Below, piece by piece: positions 54,047-64,000 of a stretch of 64,000 nucleotides of DNA. The first letter of the stretch is position 1; each line of letters begins with the position of its first letter. The translations under genes were made by a program, and so were the position numbers. Below the pieces are notes generated by a model, which was not told where the DNA came from, searched no databases, and saw nothing but the letters and a program-made list of their open reading frames with translations. Source of the stretch: Octopus vulgaris (Eukaryota). The stretch spans positions 58,280,001-58,344,000 of the forward strand of contig OX597817.1 of the NCBI GenBank assembly GCA_951406725.2, read 5' to 3'.

Positions 54047-54462
54047 GGTGCAGGAGTGACTGTATGGTAAGTAGCTTGCTTACCAAGCACATGGTTCTGG
54101 GTTCAGTCCCACTGGGTGGCATTTTGGAGAAGTGTCTTCTACTATAGTCTCAGGTCGACCAAAGCCTTGTGAGTGGACTTGGTCATCGGAGACTGAAAGA
54201 AGCCCATCGTGTATATACATATATAGTATGTATGTGTGTGTATATGTATAGTATGTATGTGTGTGTATATGTTTGTGTGTCTGTGTTTGTCCCCCCACCA
54301 TCGCTTGACAACCGATGCTGGTGTATTTACGTCCCCCTTTGGCAAAAAGAGGCCGATAGAATAAGTACTAGGCTTAGAAAGAATATGTCCTGGGGTCGAT
54401 TTGCTCAACTAAAGGTGGTGCTCCAGCAGGGCTGCAGTCAAAATGACTGAAATAAATAAAAG
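54047..54462 (+). mobile_element. SINE family A
   Basis: Full-length homologue; partial copies at 47735-48070, 58146-58300 and 62920-63070. Confidence 0.82.
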
Positions 54463-55008
54463 AATAATTATATTCGTTTGCAGACACATCATCATCATCA
54501 TCATCATCCTCCTCCTCCTCCTCATCATCATCTAACATCCATTGACCATGCTGGCATGGGTTGGACGGTTTGAACAGGGCTGGTAAGCTGGGAGGCAGCA
54601 CCAGACTCCAGTCTGATTTGGCATGGTTTTCTATGGCTGGATGCCCTTCCTGATGCCAACCACTCTGAGAGTGTAATGGATGCTTCTATGTGCCACTGGT
54701 ATGGGTGCCATTTGCATTCCACCAGCGTGGGTGCCAATAAATAGTAGAGGCACACTCACACACATATATGCAAACAGATATACAATGTTTGTAATGCTGG
54801 TGGTGATGATGATGGTGGTAATGATGGCAGTAATAAAGATGATGATGATGATGACGATGTTCTTGGTGATAATGATAATGATGATGTTTTTTTTATTATG
54901 AAGATAATGATGATGTTCATGGTGACAATGACAACAATAAAAACAACAATGATGACAGTGGTGGTGGTGGTGATGATGACAATGTGACAACGACGACAGT
55001 TGTGATGG

Positions 55009-55041
<33 letters not shown>

Positions 55042-55191
55042 CGTCTGCGATAATGGGTGTAGCAGAGAAAACAGAAAGAACATTCTTGAGAGAAGCCATT
55101 GAATGCTGCTCGTAATATGGCATTTCATGTGGAAACAGATAATTCTTCTTATTATTTATTATCGTTACTTTTTAAAACAAATCATCAGTCG

Positions 55192-55222
<31 letters not shown>

Positions 55223-55928
55223 CATCATCATCATTGTTGTCATCATCATTCTTATTATTTGTTTGTTTTATCTTTATTGCAAGCTTTGGCTCTGCGTTTG
55301 CCAAGCACAGCTCTGGGAAATGGAGATAATCAGTATGCCAGGAACTGAAGACAGAACCAGCTCCTCTAATAAATAATTGGTAGATTGGGAATGGCAAACG
55401 ATGATGCAAATAAATCCCTAACCCCAAACCCTAGGACTTCCACATCCCTGCAACATACAATAAAAACATCACCACAAGGCACTGAATACTTATTACATAC
55501 TGTCGATTGGCAAAAGATTATGAGACGAAAGGAAAATTGCACATGGTCCGGGTGGACAGAGCTGTACTCAATGAGGACGGTGAGTACAGGGAGGGGGGAC
55601 ATGGATGGCACTATGAGATAATTAGGAGAATGACATACATATACAACATACCTAGGGACATAACATACATACGTACATATAGAGGTACATACATTCACAC
55701 ATACATACATATGAATGTACATGCATATATGCACACATGCTTATGTACATACATACATCACGACCACGACCACCACGACCACAACAACCACCACGACCAC
55801 TACGACCACGACCACAACCACAACCACCATGACCATGACCAGCACCATCGCGACCACCACCCCCACAACCACCACGACCATCACCACAACCACCACCACC
55901 ACAACCACCATTACCACCACCACCACCA

Positions 55929-56070
<142 letters not shown>

Positions 56071-56682
56071 ATACATTATAGCAATAAGGGTTTTGCAACA
56101 AGGTGCTTGACCACATACTGAAAATTTTAGAAATGGCAGCCAAAAGACTACTATTTCCTTTTTCTACAAAAATATGTCTCCACAGACTACAATATTTGTG
56201 ACTCACACATGGCAAAAAAGAAGAATAATAATGAAATCAGACAGTCTTCAATTAATTATGGACGCTATAATATTGCTATAATTATATATAAAAAAACTTT
56301 TTTGTATAAGTTTTTACTGAATATGGTCCTTTTCCATACCGAAATTCTACTAAGTGAAATTTGTTGATTTTATTAAATTAATTATCTTTCACCCTATATC
56401 TGTAATGAAGTATATATATATATCCCATTATTTCAAGAGCATGAAAATTTATAACCCCTTCGTTCTTTATAAAAGATGATAGGGATGTAATCCAAGAGAA
56501 GTTTAAGCTGCTACTTCTAGCACGTCAAAGCTCCCCTCAAGGCGTATGAGGCGACCTCACTTTGATCCATGAGTCATGCATCTATTGGTCAGTCTGGTTT
56601 CTCTGTGAAACAGGAAAACAAGTGCAAGGGAGATAACTAGGTATTATTAAAATTATTATTATTTTTATTAATAAAAGAATTA

Positions 56683-56720
<38 letters not shown>

Positions 56721-56834
56721 CATCATTATTATTACTATTATTATTATTATTACTATTATTATTATTAATATTATCATCATCATTATTATTATTAATATTA
56801 TTATTATCATCATCATCATCACCATCACCACCAC

Positions 56835-56866
<32 letters not shown>

Positions 56867-56881
56867 CCATCACCATCATCA

Positions 56882-56930
<49 letters not shown>

Positions 56931-57858
56931 CATTATTATTATCAGTAGCAGCAGCAGTATGTTCAGAGGGACAAGAATGTTTGTGATTAAAACATTTATA
57001 AATCTGTTAAATAACGATTAAGTATATGTTAACCTTTTGATTGCCCTCAGTATTACAAGTGAACATGATATCCGGACATATTTCGCTGCCTTCCATGCAT
57101 CTCATACGACACACATTCCTAATTCCTTTTTCAACCACCAGAGCAGGTCCGCCACTAGATTTTGGTGCCCCCCCCCCGGGGGGGGGGGATAGGTGCTTCA
57201 GAATATTCTGGGTGGGCACTGATTTGTAATAATGCTAAAGTGAAGTTTCGAAATAAGTGTATCAGTGTAAATGTGAGGGGGCAGTGCTGTCCAGTGCACC
57301 CCTTAGGGGCGTATACCAGAGTATCTTAGGGGCTAGTGAAAGGAGAGCTTTATATTACTCAGAAAGTATGTCACAAGGACTAGCAAAAGATCTGAAAACA
57401 AGCATGGACGTTTAGGATAAAGTTCTGAAAATATTTTGGACGGGCAAAGGGTTAACGTGTAATTAAGGTAATTTATATATTTATTTATTTCAATGACAAT
57501 CTTAAATCATTCTTCTGTAGATATATATTTTTTTGAATCCCCTTAAAAGGGAGCTCTTGTCTAGATACTCTCCCTCTGCATGGTTCTTTCGACAAGAAGC
57601 GCACAACCAATTTCTGTTGGATCGTGAATGTAGGTAGGGATAATATACGACATAACACACCCCCTAATATATAGCTGGTTTTTTCATGATCCCAATACCC
57701 TAGTCGTCGTCATCGTCATGATCATGATCATGATGATCATCATCATCATTTAACGCCCTCTTGAGGTAGGGTCTGTTGCTGTAGGCAATATATGTCTTTT
57801 TTTGTGGGAAACGGTAGTGATAAGAGAACCATTACGTAACTGTACGAGAGAGTCTCAC

Positions 57859-58048
57859 CATTGTCTTGGGAAAATAGAATTGTGTAAGGAATGAATAATT
57901 TGGCAGTGCTGTCTGCATGAAGAATATATTTATTACATGGTACTTTAAAAAATACATGGAGCTCAATAATAAATAGATCTTTATTGTAAAATATAATAAG
58001 TTCAGGGGTAAACAAAGGTGGCCTAAAACCGCTTGTGCTGTCACCCAG
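57859..58048 (-). CDS. Candidate exon, LGDSTSGFRPPLFTPELIIF...TILFSQDN
   Basis: Acceptor TTCCTCCTTCAG and donor G|GTGAGA; 190 nt open, non-repetitive. Confidence 0.42.
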
Positions 58049-58292
58049 CTGAAGGAGGAATCTGTTGGAAATCCGTCCGTCGGAATCTAATTTAAGGCTG
58101 ACAGCCACAGCTTTTTTTTGCCTGAGTGTATGGTGTATGTACGTGGTGTATGGTAAGAGGTTTGCCTTCCAGCCACATGGTTTCTGGTTCAATCTCATTG
58201 CGTGGCATCTTGAACAAATGTCTTATACTATAGCCCTAGGTCGACCAAAGCCTTGAGGCTGGATTTGGTTGATGGAAACTGAAAGAAATTCG

Positions 58293-58324
<32 letters not shown>

Positions 58325-59175
58325 TATTTTGTGATAGTTGTAAACGAGTGTCACTGTTGTATATGTGGTGTTCCTTCATTTCCAATCTTCCGTGGAAAAT
58401 ATGTCTGGCCACGAGGAAATGTTACCTTACATGGAAACAAGTGAGTGTTGGGTACAGGAAGAGCATCCGGCAATAGAGAATCTGCCTCAACAAAATCCGT
58501 CTGACCCACGCAAGAATGGAAAAGTGATGATGATGTATGTTTGCCAAGCATTTATCTTCTTTCTTGCAGATTTGCGCAAAGATGGCTATGATGGTAACAA
58601 CTTTCCAAGACAAATGTTCTGACGAGAATCAGGATTCCATCACTTTCAAAGGGGTCTCATTTTGCATTCGTTAACCATCTCCAGAAATTCTATGACCCGG
58701 CATTCTATTGTCAGTTAGTTGTTGATTCTAGACAGGGTTCATGTTTATATATACTTCTATGTTTCCAATATTCTACAAAGACCTTTGTGGGGAACGGCAT
58801 GAACATCACAACGTCCTGTTTCCTTTTTCGTAATTATCTCAAGTGTGTTGTGTCTATATCAGGAGATCAGATTCGGATAAGATTTTGTTCTAGGATGGCG
58901 ACTAAAACACCAGGATTGTCGAACCAAAATAATAAGATACTGTGAGAATTTTTACTTCAAGCCGTCATATTTTTAGGCTTCGAATTAGCGACTGTTTTAG
59001 TTAATAAACAGAATTAAACAAAAGTGAGGCGTTCGATTTTTAGCGAACAAAAACAGCAACGGGGTCTCAATTTTCAATTGATGTGTGCGTGTGACTAAGG
59101 CACAACTAGAATCTTCAGTTAAAATTAGTAAGACTCTTGTGGAAGACATAACTATCGCAACATCACTTCATATAC

Positions 59176-59358
59176 ATTTCTGTTTAACGAGAGAGCATCA
59201 ATGAGGATGCGTGATTTACTAGAAATAGCAACTAAATCCAGTAGTGGTTGTGTGAGGGTGATGGGAAGCACATTTGGGTCTTTTGTGTAAGCCTGTACGA
59301 AAGGGTTGCCCCGAACGGCACACATTATAGCTACGTCACAAACTGAATCTCCCTCCAT
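59176..59358 (-). CDS. Candidate start-codon exon, MEGDSVCDVAIMC...ALSLNRN
   Basis: Acceptor TCTTCCCCTTTTTTTTATAG 1 nt before the ATG; possible phase-0 donor GTATAT matching the 58048 exon. Confidence 0.33.
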
Positions 59359-59838
59359 TCTATAAAAAAAAGGGGAAGACTCCCGTTGGAATATTTAACG
59401 CTCGCTGCTTATAAACAGACGTGATGCTCATGACTGGAACGTCGTTGATCATAGGTCTGCTCGATCAGAATTGATCTGGGGTTAAACAATAACAACGACA
59501 ATAGGTGTTGTGTCTATTTAGAGAATTCAGCGAGTAAAGCTGTGGTTTACAGCTTTGACGAAATGCTTACCAGCTGCTGCTGCTGCTCCTGCTGCTGTTT
59601 CTGGGGCATATGTTCACTAGCGTAGCCGATTACAGGAAAGACGCCACGTTACAAAAAATCGCTGCCGGTTTGCCTTATATCGCACACTAATCACTGGAAA
59701 AGCTAAACCTATAATGTAACTGAGGTGGAACAAAGCATCAAAGCAACAAAACAAGGCTTCCGTGGAACCCTTTACATTGTTTTAAGGCGAGAAAAGAATC
59801 TGTAAATATCCAGTATTCTTCGGTAAATCGCTGAAAGT

Positions 59839-59949
59839 ATGCGACGTCGGGCTGCGAACGGTGAAACCACTGTGAACCAGGCACATGGAGAGAATCGAAC
59901 AGATTCTCACGGCCCCCAGCATCCTCATCACCACCAACAGACACACACA
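59839..59949 (+). CDS. Candidate first coding exon, MRRRAANGETTVNQAHGENRTDSHGPQHPHHHQQTHT
   Basis: ATG in a CpG-rich unique region, 37 open codons, donor ACA|GTAAGC. Confidence 0.45.
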
Positions 59950-60345
59950 GTAAGCATGGACACATCATTTTAATATATTTCTTATCCTCTTTTTAAAAAG
60001 TATTTTCTCTTCCCTTACTGCATTCTCTGAGTTGGTAATATATTTGCTCCTTGTATGGAATATCGAACCTTTGTTAAGATCTGTTTGAAATTTAAGTATT
60101 CAGGGTGTCAGAAAACCTTTTTCGATTAGGGTGCGTAGTATTTATTATACAACGACTATACATATTATATACAGCATTGTATATAATCATCTGATTACCA
60201 TTAACTCTGTTAAAAGAGGTTTCTGGTGCCTCATATATAAAACACTACAGGGAGGTTTATTGTAATTAGACAAAATTTACAAACATTATGATTTCTTTTA
60301 CCAAGTAACATGAAATACTATATAGACATACACAAATTAGTAATA

Positions 60346-60384
<39 letters not shown>

Positions 60385-63077
60385 AACTTAGGCTTCTATG
60401 CAGGTACTGTTAAATACACACATTATACAGTTATTATACATATACGGTCCCTTCTGTACAATTATATACTTGTAGGTGTATATACGTTTGCTCATATTTT
60501 CATTTTGATTAATCTTTAATTGTAAATGTGTCTCGTGTTCGCACCCGCCACTTTATCAAAACCAGTGTTAATCTGAACGGAGAAATTCGTTTTATCAGTT
60601 CGAACCTTTTATTAACCTATTTCTTTACTACCCACAGGGGGCTAAACACAGAGAATCAAAATTATAAAGGGCAGATGGCACATTAATTGTTCCCTTAATG
60701 TTAACTGCATGGTGTACCTCCTTAAATTTAAGCGGTAAAAACAAGATTAAAATATTTGTAGAAGTTACTTATTTTATCATATCCTAAATGATGCTTTTTT
60801 TAATGATATCGATCATTTTGTAAATCCAAGCAGTTTATGTATCAAAACAAACCTTAGAAAACTTGGATGGCTATGCTAATACTTCTTTCGCCAGAAATCT
60901 TGTGTTATTTAATTCTGTTTGTGAAGTTTCTTTTCTTATTTTTAATTTCTGATTTTATTTATAGCGATCTCTAGAGAGATATATTAAACTATATACACTC
61001 GTAAAATTTGGTATAATGTAGAAAATTGAGCACCTATTAATTATTAATTTAAAGATCCCCATTTCTCTCCCTCTCTCCGCAAATCCATCCTCCTGGTTCC
61101 CGTCTGTAAATGCTCAGTTTCTTTTTTTTTATTTCTGAATTGTTTCTATTTTTAAAGTTTCCTGTGGTATTTTCTGTTCGTCTTTTTTTGTGTGTAAACA
61201 AACCCACTGTTTATCTGTGGTAGCTAGCCCAGTTTAATCGGATATCTATTCCGGTCCTTCAGTAAACTTTGGACCCTAATTTCACAACTGTTCTTCGTTA
61301 GAACGACATTTTAAAGTTTATTAAATTCCACGTAGGACCAATATTTCCTTCGTGTAGCGTTTAAAGCACTAGTCATATGTAATCCCGTTTGTATTAATAC
61401 TTTTAATGTATATACATGGATAGCTACCCACAACTTATATATATATATAATTCATTTTTGAACTCTTTGAATAAAACCTTAGGCGAAACTAGAAGTCCCA
61501 GTCAACGTGTATCTTACAATATTTTTTACTCTACTTTCAATATTGAGTCTACCTATCACACAATGTTCCACGGTTATTCTTGAACTATCTTTAAAATAAT
61601 AATTACCTCAGTTTAAAATACACAAGCAGTCTCCTAGATATATTTGCTTAATTTTACTATTATCCAAGTTTAATTAAATTATTTGACACAGCATCTATTA
61701 TTAAAAACCCATAATTGTTGTTAGATTGAATTCATATTTTATTGAATAATTCTTTACGCTTTTATATTTTACTTTGCCGTCTAAATAACGGTTTAGTATT
61801 TCTTCTGTTACACCATTCTTCACGCCTCCGCATTCATTGTATTAATTCAGATTTCTGCGACAACCTGTTTATTACGAAGAACGGTTATCATATCCACGAC
61901 TGGAACCGTTCTTTAAATAGCACTTGAGCACTTGTGTGCGATTGGCGCACTTGATATAAAGAATCAAAGAGGAAGTTTAGTTGGAGCGGAGGGCAACAAC
62001 AACAACTCGATCTGTCACGAACCTGTTTCAACTGGCATTGAGTTCGTTATTGATTTCGTTTTCTTGTAGAAGAAAACAAATCCACTTGGAATCAATTCCT
62101 CACCTTGCGGTGCGATTGGATGGCAGCTATTAAGTCTCTACTATTTCTAAATATCTTTTTACCTTTATTTTATTTTTTCTTACATTCATCATACATAATA
62201 ATCATTGTAAAAGACTCGTCTTATCTTAAATATAGTTTCTTAATAAGCAAAGTCACTAATTATCTCCACCACCGCAACCACCACTTGAAAGTACTAAATG
62301 ACTAAAAAAAAATTGTTTTAAAAGATTTCTATTTGTCTTTATTAAAATTACACTGTAATTAAAATAATATAGTTTACTGTATTTATTAATTCATTACTAG
62401 TCACAGTGTTCTATTTATAGCCATTTATAATAGGATTAATTGCTTTTTTTTTAAATCTGTGATTTATTTATTCAATTAATCCAGGAACGACTGTTGTTAC
62501 ATTGGTAGATTTTTGTAGTTTTTCTCCATCTGTGAGTCAGCTGACGAGAGAGATCGTTAATTTAATAAAAGACGATTGACATGATAATACAACAGCAGTA
62601 GGAATCTGATAGCTGAGTGTGTTTATGGTGTTGTTGCTTGTTTTTGCTGCTGTTGGCATAAAATATAACGAGTTGAAGAGGTTTCCTCTACTCTTCGCAT
62701 AAAATATCTGCTGGAACACTGTCAAACAAAAAGTTCACCGCTATTTCGAGAGAGATTCGCTTCGATAATCAAATAAAGCCTGTGTATGAGATATTGATTT
62801 CGTTATAAAGTTAGCAGCTACCTCTTGTTGTTTAGCATCATTTCAGCTCTGCCTGAGCACACCTATGACCAAATGCATCTCAGACGTGACCATTCCATCT
62901 GTTTTATATATATCGGTTCAGGTGTGATTATGTGGAAGAAGTTTGCTTCCTAGCCACGCGGTTTCTTGTTCAGTCCCGTTCGTGATACTTTAGGCAAGCG
63001 TCTTCTGCTGCAGCCCTGAGCCGACCAAAACCTTGTGAGTGGATTTGGTCGATGGAAACTGAAAGAATCCTGTGTGT

Positions 63078-63439
63078 GTTAGCAGTTGGACCCGGCGTTG
63101 CTCCTGTTTTCCGTGTTGAAGTTAAGCTCACCTCTGACCTTGTAATTGAATAAGCATTTCCTTAGAGACTATTCTATCGATTTTGTTGAAATTTTACACC
63201 CGAAAAAATGCAAAAGCTGCAGGAAATATAACATCAGTTTGGAAATTTCCATTGAAACGCCCAATTGAGCTCACAAAAATCGATGCCAACTGAGCATTAT
63301 TGAGTTTTCAAAAAAATTTCGGCCTTATTTGAATTTCAGGGCATATGCTCTACCTATGTGCCAAAAATCATTAAAATCAGTTGTATGGTGTGGGAGGAGT
63401 TAGAGTAACCCCAAACAGACAGATACCATTACACATTTA

Positions 63440-63440
<1 letters not shown>
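63078..63440 (-). mobile_element. Decayed Helitron of similar type
   Basis: Begins with the related CCCGGCGTTGCTC hairpin remnant and has a similar internal layout to 39179-39565. Confidence 0.5.
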
Positions 63441-63478
<38 letters not shown>

Positions 63479-64000
63479 ATACTGAGAGAATAATTTTATA
63501 CTCAGGTAGCAGTTTAAAGCCAGTTCTCAGTATTTGGCTACCTGATATCAACAACAATACGGAGATATATGTCTCTGAATTTACTTTGGGAATTGCTTTG
63601 TGTCTAGAATTTATATAAAAAGTGACAGAGAATGGAATTTAATTTGACTCTTTATTCAGAACCATTTACAATTGTTTTGACTCATCATGTACCTGGACCT
63701 TCAAAGAAGTACCTTGTTTTTGACCTGCTGTTTTGACTTGCTACAATGGCTAGAATTGTGCTGTTATAGAAATAAGTAATACAGCAAATGAAAAACATGT
63801 GGCATATTTTTGAAAAGTCACCTGAGGTGATGCATCTGCACCTGTAATGCATGGCAATTGATTGTACAGCATCTCACCTGTAAGTTACAGGTGCACAATA
63901 AGCCGAAATGATTGTAGTGGTTTTGAATAAAGGGTCTTGTGAATTCCAGTTTCTGCCTCTTGTCTTTTTATATATATATCAAATTTGATGACTGGCATCC

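Overview
AT-rich, microsatellite-saturated eukaryotic (animal) DNA; the repeat families resemble octopus/coleoid cephalopod repeats (recalled, not searched). Almost all ORFs in the track are microsatellite or antisense artefacts. Supported content: one intact tRNA-Thr(AGT) at 41529-41602; a young non-autonomous Gypsy-type LTR element (33838-37098, tRNA-Leu PBS, open 406-aa gag-like ORF); a long-TIR MITE family with 8-bp TSDs and internal TTAGGG repeats that is self-nested and found at several rearrangement junctions; a Penelope-like pLTR cluster with type I hammerhead ribozymes (~38.2-38.55 kb); many fold-back insertions in (TA)n tracts; decayed mariner/Tc1, hAT, Helitron/Helentron, piggyBac, R4/Dong, RTE, Tx1/L1 and CR1/L2 pieces; and several tRNA-derived SINE families. 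Host-gene evidence is limited to candidate exons (25.7-26.0 kb +, 57.9-59.6 kb -, 59.8-59.9 kb +), possibly a head-to-head gene pair. All alignments and folds were done by eye.
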